NCBI GenBank assembly: GCA_977017575.1 | Contig: CDRNVI010000053.1 | Span: 186,001 to 250,000, forward strand | Source of the DNA: Paramoeba atlantica | Taxonomy: Eukaryota; Protista; Discosea | DNA length: 64,000 bases | Direction: 5' to 3' | Shown: piece by piece, positions 12,902-25,546 of the stretch | Layout of the letters: each line of letters starts with the position of its first letter | How positions within the stretch are numbered: position 1 is the stretch's first letter | The notes under the pieces: model-generated | Database searches by the model: none | Seen by the model: only the letters and a program-made list of their open reading frames with translations | Told to the model about the DNA's origin: nothing | Position numbers and translations under genes: made by a program

Positions 12902-13855
12902 TTAGTTTGGGTCTAGATGGGACAATGCTACCTGGAATGCAGATTCCAGAATATCATGTTTAATACTGAAACCAAACTCTGCGCAGGTCAAGCCGTCCGC
13001 CGGATTCTCCTTAGATCTAATGTGGAAGACCCTGTACGACATTTTTCCTTTCTTCTGTCTTTCGATATCCATCAACTCTAAGCAGATAGAGCGTCGAATT
13101 GATGTGTTTCTCTGCAACGACCGCACCGCATCCAGATTATCGCACCCCAGAATGACATGGGGGGCGAACTCCCATCCTTTCAACGAAGCGCGCTTTGCTG
13201 CCGCGAACTCAGCGTCGTATATGTTCTCCAAATATTGCGCAGTATACCATTGAACCAAAAGCTTGCTATTGGGATCAAAGATCGCAAATCCCATGTGCGT
13301 TAACGAGGCATCTGAAAATCCCACTACGAATCGCTTAATAGGAACAGGTGGAAGTTTGTGACACGTGTCGTTAAGCAACATTCTCCCCCAGTGCCATCTC
13401 AGCAGCCCTAGTTGGTGTTTTGTGAGTGAGTATACCGCATCTTCTGCTAGAAAAGACAGTGCCCGGGACATCATGCGAACGTCGCACACACCTGCGTAAG
13501 AAGACTGAGCCACCATTGTATCCCACATGAGAACACCTATTATTTTCATGATGTTGCGCACGGAATCGCGTGTTTTCAGTTGTATCGTACTCCACCGGGA
13601 CATGTTCGATGATGTATGCATCCAGCAGAGATTGCCATTCTTCAGGGAGAAGTCAATTCCCAAAAATGTTGCTGTATTTGACACGGAAACATACTTCCAC
13701 TCAATATTACAACCTTTAGGCGGATGCTTGCTGGCTTTTCGTAAATTTGATGTCAACTGATCAAGAATGTTTTTATGATGAGCCACTGCGAACACATTAT
13801 CAATCCACAAGAAAATTGCAACTTTTTGATTTGTCTTAATATTTATTAGAAACAT
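12902..13855 (-). pseudogene. RT C-terminal part + RNase H of DIRS/VIPER/TATE type
   Basis: WIDN (YxDD equivalent), TFLGI, FSDAS, IYDAE, CDN, HIRSKENPADGLT; upstream decayed RSAMGCSRS motif near 14000. Confidence 0.8.
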
Positions 13856-14920
13856 GAAAGCCGGTGGACTTTCAGTAGTGTCTCGTACCTGATGTACTTC
13901 GTATCCTATAGGACATGCTCTATATCATCCTATATGATATAGGATGATCATATAGGTCACCTATATGATCCGGTAACCTTGCAAAGTAGACCTTGAACAA
14001 CCCATTGCTGAGCGATTCCAAAGAAAGCAACCAAAGGATTCTTTGGAAACTTTACTATACCCCTTTTCTCTACAGAAACCCTTTAGAACTTCAATTCTAT
14101 TTTCATACAGCTTTCGCGTACTTGGCGCAATAGATTGCAAGCAATTCTTGAAGCAATAGATTGCAGGCGAGACGCTCGACGAAACTTTCTGTGCGAGGGA
14201 GGCTTCCTTGACTTTGGTATTCTTGCATAGGTAGCAAAACTAGATTCTCACAGAAGGAGGTTCTGGATATGTACAAATAATTAATAAGAATACAATATAT
14301 TTGTAGTAGGGATATTTTATCTTTGTTTCTCTGGATTTCTAATATGTAGTATGTATGTGCGTACTACCTCTGTTTCCATTATTGGGGCTGTAAATAATGG
14401 CTAATCTGAAGAATCTTTGTTTAATGATGTGTCTACTCTAATAATGAGGTGTATGCAGAGTCTTCACCACGTCGTATTATCTCTTGTGATAATTGCAATA
14501 CAGAACCAAATATTATCCAAAAACGATTCAAGGTCTTTCTTTTTCTTCTCTTCTCTGGAATACGCTTACTGATTTCCCTTAAATCAATCCATGTGTCATG
14601 GCACACATAGCTATAAATTTATTAATAAGTATATTGGGCGGCAGTACGTTGTACATCACTTTCAAATTGAGAAAAATGGGTTTATTATCAAAGGGTTTAT
14701 AAGTAAAGAAATAACGTCGAATATCTAGCAATCACGCGAATAACTACTCCCCATCATACGTTGAAATCATGTATTTTTAAAACTTTGGAATCAAAACTTG
14801 GAGTAATAATATATTGTACTTCGATTATTATAAGTTTTGTATCACTTTAAGTGCGTGCATTCTTCGTAAAGCGAAACATCAATGAGTACTGGTGCATTAC
14901 TTGATTTATTTACTCATTGC

Positions 14921-15904
14921 TTAGCTATTGTTCCCATCCCCTACAGAGGGGATTGGGTCCACTTTCTTTGGCTGACCTCCTTGTTGGGCGAAAGGAACCT
15001 TTGAAACCTTTTGATAACCCCTCTTCCGAGAATGAAAACCTATACCTCTCCCGAAGAATTTTTGGTGCGGTGGGTAATTTGAGCGGCGGATGTGGTCGTT
15101 GTCCCGATTCGCACTAAAGGCGCATTCCGGGACACAGACAGGATCAAGGTTGGGGAGGAGACCAACGTTCGTGCGACAGGCTTCCAAAACTCTTGGCACA
15201 TTCTGCACCTCTGCTTTTGCGTTAAACGCCAAGAAGTGTGCCGAGAGTTCTAGCACAAAATGGTTTAGCGAAATTGCCATTGCATCGTTCTCGCGACAAT
15301 CATTCGAGGACACACCCTTTCCAGCTTCAGCAAAAAGGTTTCGGCAGAAAAGCGAAAATTTTGTTTGAAGAAACGACGCTGCAAAACGACGAAACTCTTC
15401 GTCCTCCAGGGCATCCCAGAGCTTCCCCCCCAAATGAGGACGGCTTTCGATCCCTGCCCATTCCGTTAGCTGCCCTCCCTCCTTCTCTCCGTCGCGGGCT
15501 TTTTGAATTTTCATTTCCTTTGGAGGATTGAGTAACAATTATGCCAACTTTGAACGTTGACTTAAGTCTACGATCAGAGTTTCAAAGGCCTGGACATTTT
15601 GAGTACGACGAAACCCTAGGATTTTACTTGACAATTGAGCTCGGACTTCTAGCGATTCGCCCTTGTAGGCACTGTCGACGAACTCCATAACAGCCATCGC
15701 ACATTCATCTTCGCTTATTTCTGCCATATACTTGGCTATGCTCGCCAAGCTGACATTCCGATTAAAGCGGAGTTGAATTTTTATGTCCGTTTTCGTTGAG
15801 ACTGGGTCATGCTCACTCGGTGCAACCTCAACTTCGTCTCGGTTCATGGTCAAAACGTTTCTTCGAGGCATAATAAGATATAAATTTTCCTTTTCTTTCG
15901 GCAA
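14921..15904 (-). CDS. two abutting ORFs (121 and 205 aa), possible gag-like region of the element
   Basis: Position at the 5' end of the ITR-bounded element on the same strand as the RT; no motif recognised. Confidence 0.35.
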
Positions 15905-16246
15905 GTATGATCATCGAACCTGAACAGTAGGGCCTGTCAAACTATTGCCCAAACCACAGGTAAAAAAAATATATAATTTTCCGGCGATCACTGTGCCAGG
16001 CAAGCAAAGGCGTGTTTACTACGCCGAGATGGCCGCAATGGCGTGTTGTACCCTGAACAGGAAACTCCTGTGCAGGTATAACAACACGCTCATTATCACA
16101 GCTCCATAAGCACCTAGATACAGGACCCAGCCCGAGCTGCTAGGCAAGCTTAGCACAGCATCACCCCCTTTTCCCCCCTTTGCAATCTAAATTTAGTATC
16201 CTCGGGACATGGAATCCCCAGGACCCCGAAAATAAACAACACATTT

Positions 16247-16604
16247 CGGAACACATGACCGAGGGGAGGGAGTCACGAATGACCTCGGAGGAAGATGACA
16301 ACTCCCAGAACGTGCACCCTCGGGACATGGAGTTTACAAGAAGACCTCGAATACCATACCTAAACTGATTCGGAACACATGCCCGAGGGGAGGGAGCCAC
16401 GAATGACCTCGGAGGGAGATGACAACCTCCGGAACGTGCACCCTCGGGACACGGAGTCTACAAGAAGACCTCGAATACCATACCTAAACTGATTCGGAAC
16501 ACATGCCCGAGGGGAGGGAGTCACGAATGACCTCGAAGGCAGATGACTACCTCCGGAACGTGCACCCTCGGGACACGGAGTCTACAAGAAGACCTCGAAT
16601 ACGA
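16247..16604. repeat. 124-bp tandem repeat, ~2.9 copies
   Basis: CGGAACACATG unit starts at 16247, 16371 and 16495. Confidence 0.9.
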
Positions 16605-17081
16605 ACATTCATAGGGGCTGTGAAGTAATGTCGTGCCAGGCTTCCCAAGCCATTTCGTGCGAGTCTCCCAAGCGCTTCTTTATTATAAAGATGTCGGAAA
16701 AAACATAAGAAAATACAGTAAGTAGATGAATAAATAGATAATATGAAGAAAGTCCAGAAATAAATACAAGACCTTTGTTTCCGTTTACCCACTATACAGG
16801 GCCGTTTATGTCAAAGTTGAACAATTCCACAGGTTGCACATGATGTCGAATTCAAATAAAATGTGCGGAAAGCGTTAGTTTAGAACACAAGCAGATAGGG
16901 AAAAATATTTTCTACGCACATGGGCCCCTGTACTCAAAAGATGCAACGGTCCAAAAAGGCAATCTCAGGCAAAATTAACCAAGTATTTTATCATTATTTT
17001 TCGATAAACTTTAGTTTTTAGTACTGAGTTTCTCCCCTTTCCCAGAAATCACTTATTTTAACATTAGTACACATACAGTAT

Positions 17082-18190
17082 TTAGTAAGGAATCTTCTTT
17101 CCTTTATATAATATGCACAACTCGAGTCTTTTTTTGAAGGAGACATGCAGCTTCTTTATCGACTCCTTCGCTTCTACCGAGTCCAAATATGATTCACATA
17201 CGCGCTTAATTTCACCTGCAGAAATGGGGCATTTACGGTTCTTGAATTGCTTTGTTTGGTTCCACAAGTTCTCAATTGGATTAAGATCTGGGGAATCCGC
17301 CGGCCAGCGAAGCATTAACTCTCTAGTTGTACTCATGTACCGTGACAAGTTCATCGCCTTTCGATCTTTGCACCACTTTTTTGTAAGTATGGCCCGATGA
17401 GCGGGAGCACCGTCTTCCATAAGAATAATGTTTTCATGAGTGGCTGCGTAAGGCAAAAAATGGGACTCCAATATCGACTTGCGGTAATATAACGATCCGA
17501 GTTTTAATTCCTGAGGAAATTCTTCCCGCTTTTCCCCAGGTAGCAATTCACGCGAAGCTTCATCCTTGTAAAACTTGGTGAAATCGCACCAGTGGTAAAA
17601 AACGTGTCCGTCGCCCGCAATAGCACCCCAAATCATTACTTTCGTTGGATGATGCGTCCTTGACTTATACACAATGTCAGTCGGACTTTGCCAAGCACCT
17701 CTGGACATGTCCCCCGCTTCCATCCAGGATTCGTCAGAAAATATTAATCGCTTAAAAAATATGCCTTCGGTTGCCTCGTTCTCTTTTAACATTGATTGAC
17801 AAAAAGCGACTCTTGCGTCCATTTTTTTTGGGAGAGAGACAGATTTGATACTTTGGCCTTAAAAGAATAACCACCGTAGTAGAGCAAAGCACGTAATCGA
17901 AAACGTGGAATTATCAGTCGGCCGTTGCTCATTTCTACGAAGGCGCATCTCAGACTGTTAAGAGAACGGTGCGTTGGATGGGCTGCCATTACGCTCGACA
18001 GCATTCCTTTGGCCTGCTCAAAATCTTCCCAGTTTTCTAGCACCTGGCGCACGTGTCGAACTTTTTGAAGTCTTTCTCCAGCCTTAGAACTTTTTAGAAC
18101 ATAAGTGCAGGTCGAACGGGGCAAAGCAAACATGTAACAAAGGTCAGCGTGCCGGTAAACGCCGCTCCTGTGAAACAATTTTATAGCCAT
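17082..18190 (-). pseudogene. Tc1-like DD34E transposase, frameshifted
   Basis: FSDES, VMIWGAI, MEDGAPAH, WPADSPDLNPIENLW. Confidence 0.88.
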
Positions 18191-19950
18191 TACATCTGTT
18201 TCTGTTAACCGCGTTCTAGTTCTATATATATTCTATATATTTGAACTGCGGTTCGTCTGTTCATTGTTTTTCTTTTCATGGGTCGACCTCGCTTTCCCTG
18301 TTGCTTTTGTTCAAATGTCTGGGTGTGCTGCTGGCTGCACAACAATTGCAAAGATTTAATTATTTGAAATTTTTCAGTCTCCTCTTCCCTGTATCGTACT
18401 TCAGAAGTGCTCTTTCTTCCTTTACTATCTTCAGTTCGTTTTCTAACAGAGAGCAATCTCAGCCTCTTTGCAAGTGAACTCACTGTTTTTCATGCTTGCG
18501 TTTACCCTCTCACATATTTCATCATACCGCGTTTCTTGCTTGCAGTTACGATTCACAGCATTTCGTAACTGTCGTGTGCGCAAACGCAGTTTATGTTGTA
18601 AGCTTTCGATACGTCTTCGTAGATTACGTTCGACGTTCCTCTTGCTTCGCACCTCATCCGCCGTTACTTCTGTTTGACTTTTTTCCTCGTAAAAAAATAT
18701 TAGTGTCTGAACCGCGCTTGGCGACAAAGTCATCATATTTTTCCTTTCTAGAGGAGACTCGCGCCTATCTTTTGAGGTACATACAATATGGATATAAAAA
18801 GTATGTATATAAAAAATTGAACAAAACATATACTTGTAAGAACTGTTCAAAAAATGCTGAACGACCCTGTAGCTCAATACTTTATCCGTTTAATATTGCG
18901 TTTTGTTCTGCACTCTTCCCTCACACTTTCCCGTGTTTTTGCACGAGAACGCCGGGCTTGGGACCGGTATCTAGCGTGTTTCTGGAGCTTTGATAATGTA
19001 GTACTGTCACCCCCCCTTTATACTTCCGCCGGTTTCGGTACTTTTGGAAGTATAAAGGGGGGGGGTCTGACTTTTAGGAGTATAAAGGGGGGGGTCTGAT
19101 TTTTTGAAAAATCCGCGAAACAAATATTTTTGAAAAAGGGGCAAAAAAAAATATGCGCCGCTTCCTATTATTCTAGCTAAAAATCAATCATCTAATCTCC
19201 AAACATGCAGGGCATAATGTTTGCTTCCGTGTTCCTCTTGCACACAATCAACATACGCTATATATTACGCTGTAGTGAATACGTGTCGAGACGATCTACG
19301 ATTAGAAGCTTCATGGGACAGTCTTTCAAACGATGTACATTCGCCTTTGCTGCAGCAGGCGCATGTCCGCGCTGGCTGTCATCCCGCCCAGTTCGCTAAG
19401 GAGGAGTTCGTCAATTTTTTCGCATCTCGACATGTTGGTCCTTGTGCAAACCCTTGTGCAAACCCTATCGCGCTTGCGACTACGATAGATTTACTTTTTT
19501 CTGGAAATATCCGACACCATTTTTCCGGATGGAGCGGATGGTTCGAGATCAGACGCCGTACTTCTCGCTGATTTGTGGAGCACTGCTATTCGAATGACAC
19601 ACATTCAACTTCTCCTACATTGTTGGGTTCTTTCCTCCCTGGGGTGAACCGACGGACACTGGTAATGTCGCAGGCTCCGCGCTTGAAACCATTATTTCGT
19701 TGGGAGGCCGAACGCGATGAAGAGGGGGATAAAGCTTAACCCACTGTGAGTATTGGGAAAATACTCCTTGGGGGAGTATACATGGGAAAAAATACGGCAA
19801 ATAATTTAAATGTATATCTAGCAATATCTCTACACACATCTCTAACGTTTAAAAAATGTAGAAAATTGTTATTTTTATAAAAACGTAGAAGTTTTTCTGT
19901 AACGGAGATTCCTGCTACGATCCCGTAGCCCTAGTCGGCCAAACGGGTTG

Positions 19951-20007
19951 TCTTATCTTATCTTATCTTATCTTATCTTATCTTATCTTATCTTATCTTA
20001 TCTTATC
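19951..20007. repeat. (TCTTA)n microsatellite, ~11 copies
   Basis: Direct reading. Confidence 0.97.
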
Positions 20008-20309
20008 TTATCTTATCTTATCTTATCCAATTTGAACGCCTTAGAGAGTCTTTACACAATTCTACTGCGAAAACAAAAGGAAAATTGGCGAAAAGAAAGT
20101 CGAAAATTTTCTTTTTTTTGGGTACATTCTCACCCAACGTTACCCAAAAAAATACATTTAATATATATTTTAAAATATATTTAAAAAAAATATAAAAAGT
20201 CCTTTAAAGGAACTTTCATCCACTGAAAAAAACTTTTTTTACTATAAAAAAGTTTCCGCGAACCCTGTATATTTTCAATAATCAGAATCATCGCAATCTC
20301 AATATTCCC

Positions 20310-21032
20310 ATGCTACTGAGAACACTAATTTTCCGTGACCAGCTTAAGAATCTATCTGATTCTTCAAAGCGACTATTACATGCCCAGTACGGCGCAGCCA
20401 AATTTGAGAAACATCCTGAAGAAATCACTATACCCGGAAACTTTAGGTGGCATTCCCATCCATTTTATCATAAGCCACTTCCTCGAGGCACCTCCGGTGA
20501 ACCTATGGAATTCGTCCTCGCAATACTTTACTACAATCAGCCCGTGCAAATTAAAAATCTGTGGGATTTATGCCGCAGTATTCCACTTGTTCCTCTTGAT
20601 AGCCGTAGACACTTGCGTCAAGTGATACATCAAGCGAGGCTTGAAGGATGGATACATTTCGAAAAGACGGATAGAATTTGGATGGCATATCCTACACGTG
20701 AGAGATACAACGAGCTCAAGACAACAGTTTGTGAGTGGAGGGAAAAATGGTTAAAGCAGCAAGGTTCCAAAAACTATAATAAAAACATGCCATGCGGGGA
20801 TACATTATTGAGTTTCGCGAATCGCTTACCTGCTTCTGATACAGATGTGCATTACGATCGCATTGGGGAACAACTCAATCGTATCAAGCCCATGCTTAAC
20901 AAACATGAGCACACCAAGATTGCTTACCTGCCATATACAGATCCCAACGGAAAAGTGAATTTTATGTGGTGGTATGATTCAGCCTGTAATACAAATGTTC
21001 CGTCGGCCACGTTTCGTAACAATAGCAATTAA
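20310..21032 (+). CDS. conserved hypothetical protein, possibly mitochondrial (240 aa)
   Basis: Intact ORF, MLLR N-terminus resembling a kinetoplastid mitochondrial presequence; family not named with confidence. Confidence 0.6.
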   Translation: MLLRTLIFRDQLKNLSDSSKRLLHAQYGAAKFEKHPEEITIPGNFRWHSHPFYHKPLPRGTSGEPMEFVLAILYYNQPVQIKNLWDLCRSIPLVPLDSRRHLRQVIHQARLEGWIHFEKTDRIWMAYPTRERYNELKTTVCEWREKWLKQQGSKNYNKNMPCGDTLLSFANRLPASDTDVHYDRIGEQLNRIKPMLNKHEHTKIAYLPYTDPNGKVNFMWWYDSACNTNVPSATFRNNSN

Positions 21033-21425
21033 GGCTTTTTGCAAGCTTCTAAACCCAATAAATTATCATAAATAAATCTCATTGAGTTTTTTGAAGGAAT
21101 TTTTGAAACTCCACTGCCAACATTCCCCCGCACGCTAACGCTTAGTCTTATGATTTCCGCAATGTAAGAAAACTACTAGCTCAGAAAATTTCGGAGAAAC
21201 AACAATATGAATTGTATCTTCTCCAACACAACCAATGTTCTCGCATACTTTCTTGGAAAAAAAAATTGTTTGACAAACTTTACTACAGAGATAAAATTTA
21301 CAAGTGATAAAAGATGGGACGAAAACTATTCTTGATGGCGATAACGTTATCCTGAGTTTCGAAACAGCCAGTACAGCAGCATAAATTCATTTCTTAAGAA
21401 AAATTAACTTTCATTATATGATTAC

Positions 21426-22103
21426 ATGCACTCGCTGTCTCGTACGAAGTTGTGTATCGCCCATACTGGCACCGTCCCAATCCGCATATTACAGAGTTAT
21501 CTATTGAATGAGAATCGTGCGATTAAGCTATACCGGGAACGGTTTGCTTCCATACGTCGAGATATTAAGATTCCAGGATTCGGATGCCATACGAATGCTA
21601 GCGAAAAATTAGTAGGTCGACGTGATGGAACAGTGTATAAGGTTCCACCTCTGAGTGCAGGGATTTGTCGTGCAACTATAGTTGGTATCTTGTATGACGT
21701 AGTTCCCGGAAGACTTCAGCGAGCGTGTGTACATGATACAAAAAAAGTTACAAATGTACCGTGCATGATGCTGAGATTGCAAACCTTGACATTTTCATCT
21801 GACAATCTCTCAATGAACATACCATGTACCTCAAAAGATATGCATAAAATTTTGGTTCATAATTCAAGAATCAGCCAAGATTTCACATTTTTTCTTCAAG
21901 AAGCTTGCCACATGCATTCTTCGAAGAATAATGTTGCATTATGCATACAAGAAGCGGAGTGGAGAGGTAAACTTATTATGCGAGTTACTGGTGATGTCGG
22001 GTTACACAATTCATATGTGGCAAAGTACGCGAAGAAAGTACACGATCCAACTCTGCATGTACTTCATGCTGCTCATTCTATACACATACTTAGAAGTAGC
22101 TAG
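21426..22103 (+). CDS. hypothetical protein (225 aa)
   Basis: Intact ORF co-oriented with its neighbour; no firm motif. Confidence 0.5.
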   Translation: MHSLSRTKLCIAHTGTVPIRILQSYLLNENRAIKLYRERFASIRRDIKIPGFGCHTNASEKLVGRRDGTVYKVPPLSAGICRATIVGILYDVVPGRLQRACVHDTKKVTNVPCMMLRLQTLTFSSDNLSMNIPCTSKDMHKILVHNSRISQDFTFFLQEACHMHSSKNNVALCIQEAEWRGKLIMRVTGDVGLHNSYVAKYAKKVHDPTLHVLHAAHSIHILRSS

Positions 22104-22534
22104 TTAAACAACCAGAAGAATGAAAAGAGAAACACCGTCTAAACGAAAAGTTGATCTAGAAGGCCACTCACACACTGATAGTGCATAAAACTCGCACTCT
22201 GATAATACCCCCTTTAATATGCATCCCCACAAAATTGAGCAGGTTCGTGAAGTGAAGAGCATGGGATAAGAAGGTTTAAACCACCTGGGTTTGCCTGGGT
22301 TTGCCAATTTTCTATATTATACAGTGGTTTCAAGATATCTTCCCCCTGCGGAAACTTGATTTTTTTTCTGCTTTTTCTAATTTTCGCAGTATCGGATAGA
22401 TCTCGTTCCTCTAGTTAAGAACTTTGCCGCCTTGTTTATGTAGGGACCCCCTGGTACCCCTTGTGTCCAAAATACTGTCCAAAAAGGACTTGGTTTTTTG
22501 GGTCATTTTTCTGAAACTGCCGGCGTTAGTAATA

Positions 22535-24155
22535 CTGTACCCCCCCTCTTTATAATAGGCTCGATTTTGCCCAAATGAACCTATATGGAAGATTAAAAGT
22601 TGGCACAGAAATCACCCTACATTTTGGAGCGAGGATCCAAGAATTGTTCAATCGCTAAGTGGACCCCGGCGATCTGCTAAAGTGAAATGTCCGGCACCAC
22701 CCCGCGCCATACCTCGAAGAAGCATATGAAAATAAATAACAAAAAATTTAAGACGGTGCAGGAAAATTAAAAAAAATCTTCCTCGGTTTGCCAAAAAAAA
22801 AAGAACCTATAAAGGGGGGGGTCGAGGCTATTAAACCCCTCCGCACCAATAAGGCGCCCCCCTTAACTTTTCAAAAAAATGTCCGTTTGAGCTGATTTTT
22901 GTTGCATTTTGCAGATCTCAACACAAAGACTGCGCGTGAAGAAACGAAACAAAAAGAAACCCATATGCAAATTTTAAAGAAGAATTACAATTTTTTCACC
23001 TTTTCCCCTTTGTTGGCCACACAAGCCTTGAGCCGAGCATCGCAGCTCAAAACCGAATCATCAATATATACACTTTTTATGAGGTCTTCCTTATTTGAAG
23101 GAGTGTACTCATCGACAAGCTCTTGCACCATACTCCACACGTTTTCTATGGGGGAAAGATCAGGGGAGTTCGGTGGCCAATTTGGCAATAGTGTCATTTC
23201 GGTTTTTTCAAGATAAGCCTTAGATTCTTTGGCAGTGTGCGATGTCGCTCCATCTTGCTGAAAAATACAGTTGGGAGGAAATTGTACTTTTTTAGTGTAT
23301 TAGAAACGCATGTAATTGAGTTGGAAGAGAGAACAACAAGTTTCCTATAGCCTACCCCCACGGCACCCCATACATGACACTTAGGTGCCCAACGCACTCT
23401 TTGTCGCTTTGCGGGCTTTTTGCCTGGAGCCATCCACATCTTTTTTCTATGATCCTTTGTATCGAACAGCTTTTCGTAAGTAAAAACTAAACGAGAGGTG
23501 TCCCACTTTAGTTCTTCCCATTTTAAAGCAAACGATACCCTTTTCTTTTTCTGTACCTCCGTCAGCCCTTGTGACAAAGGCCGTGACCCATACTTGTAGC
23601 CTAGGGAACGTATATCTCTATTGATGGTGTCAGAAGATACGTTTACACCCTTTCTCTTCAGTTTTCCACGAATCTTGCGAGAAGACCCATTTATGGGGAC
23701 CGCCGCTCGGCCCAAAGGCTCAAGAGCATTTTTAACAAGATTCTCCTTTTTTTGATCCTATTTTTTACTTCAGGGCTTTGAGTATAAATATTTTCCAGCG
23801 ATTCATTTTTCAAATATTTTCTAATATGTTTTACATTAACATTAAACTCGTGAGCTAGTTGTTTCTTTGCAACCCCCTGACCATACCTCATGCGCAATAA
23901 CACTTTTCCACTTTCTGTAAGAACACCCCTCGGGAGTCGATATGTATTTTTTGGCATGACAAGGTAAAAAAGATTAAAAAAAATATTTCTATTTTTTTTG
24001 TTTTTCCAAGAGACCTAAAAATGGCGGGAACGTGCAGATCTCAAAATTTTACACGACAAAGTGGTACGATAACCCCCCTAACCCCCCTCGTGCGAAAAAT
24101 AAGGGGGGGGTGCCTTTTTGATGCGGAGGGGTTTATAAACAGGGGGGGGGTACAG
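22535..24155 (-). mobile_element. Tc1-like element with degenerate transposase and CTGTACCCCCC termini
   Basis: TA|CTGTACCCCCCCTCTTTATAA ... TTATAAACAGGGGGGGGGTACAG|TA; ORF pieces with HVWGAVG and WPPNSPDLSPIENVW. Confidence 0.8.
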
Positions 24156-24801
24156 TACCTTCTCAGGTATTAGGAAGAGACGCAACCCTGAGAGCTCATA
24201 TTTTCAAAACCAACGTTTTGTCTTTTCGATGCTACCCATGTTGAGTTCAAATACAATATTAACCCCTCGACAAGAATAAGGCACGCCCTTGTTTTTCGCG
24301 CGCGGGGACTCATGGGGGTTGCAGCACCATTTTTTCGTTCACAATTTTGAGATCTGTGCGTTCCTGGGGTTTTTAGACTGTTTTAAAAATTTGAAAAAAA
24401 TAGTTTGAGAAAGTAATTTTTGAGAACAGTTTTTGTAAAATTATGGTAAAATCCAAGTATCGTCCACCAAGTGGAGGGATGACACCATGGGGAAAATATT
24501 ATAATAATATTTTGATGCCACCGAATGCGACTCTCTGCTTTCCATCATGGGATGCACGACAGGCTTCTCTAGAATCTGACGTTATTGCGACACAGATGTT
24601 CCTCCGCGGTAATGTGGAGAATATTGGATTTGCGTGAAGTTGGTTTGACAAGAAAGCGACGTTTATAGATATTTGCTATACCTGTAGTACATTTTTTTAA
24701 GTTTACTTAGGGTGTTTTTCCGTGAGTTCTTAATGCTGGTCTTGTTTTTCCCTTTGTAAACATACAAGTTTGAAGTTTCTTCCGTTCTATATTCTATAAT
24801 A

Positions 24802-24965
24802 CTGTACCCCCCCCTAGTTATCTGTCGCTACTTTTCGAGAAAAGGTGACAGATAACTAGGGGGGGTAGGGGTGCGTCAGATAACTAGGGGGGTCAAAGTG
24901 CGACAGATAACTAGGGGGGTCCGTCGTCAAAAAAAGCGAGGGAACGAAATGTTACAGAAACGGTA
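24802..24965. mobile_element. partial copy of the 62356-62704 MITE family
   Basis: CTGTACCCCCCCCTAGTTATCTGTC end and CAGATAACTAGGGG repeats. Confidence 0.7.
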
Positions 24966-25221
24966 TCTTTATTGCCTAGGAAAATTCCTTTCTACCCCAA
25001 TGGGGTACTACAAGCTGAAGGCATGCGCCTACGGGTTAAAAGAAGCCCAGAGAGTAATTTACACACATTTTATTGGGCTAAAATATTAATTACGTTACAT
25101 CAAAGGGTAAAGTCATCCATGGGTAAGGTCATCCATGGGTTAAAGTAAAACATCGGGAGCTATCGGACTCCAATTTGCACAAAGGTCACGACGGGAAAGA
25201 ATGTGAATATCACGGTTTTCA

Positions 25222-25399
25222 AACCCAGGGTAAAGGGGACGAGGGAGATACCAATAGTGCAGGTGAGGCAGTTTCCCACGGGAAAAACGGTATCTCCACC
25301 TTTTTCGGCGCCTGTGCCACAGGGGGGATACCGTATTTCATGTGGGAAACTGCCGCACCTACACTATTGGTATCTCCGTCGTCCCCTTTACCCTGGGTT
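25222..25399. repeat. 178-bp foldback related to 6526-6709
   Basis: ~73-bp inverted arms at roughly 90% identity, short loop. Confidence 0.85.
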
Positions 25400-25546
25400 A
25401 CATGGTAAAAACATGTTCCCTAGGACTCCTTACAGCTTCCCACGCGAGGAAGTCGTCGTCGCTGCGTTTATTTTAATCATACAGGGTGGTACCTGTAGAG
25501 ACATAAAATTGTGGTATAGGGACGCATGCCACGTATATACCATCAA

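Larger units (their letters stand above)
12601..16092 (-). mobile_element. DIRS/VIPER/TATE-like retroelement with inverted terminal repeats
   Basis: ~126-131-bp ITRs (12601-12726 / 15962-16092, 1 mismatch + 6-nt indel), no TSD, internal RT-RNase H. Confidence 0.7.
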
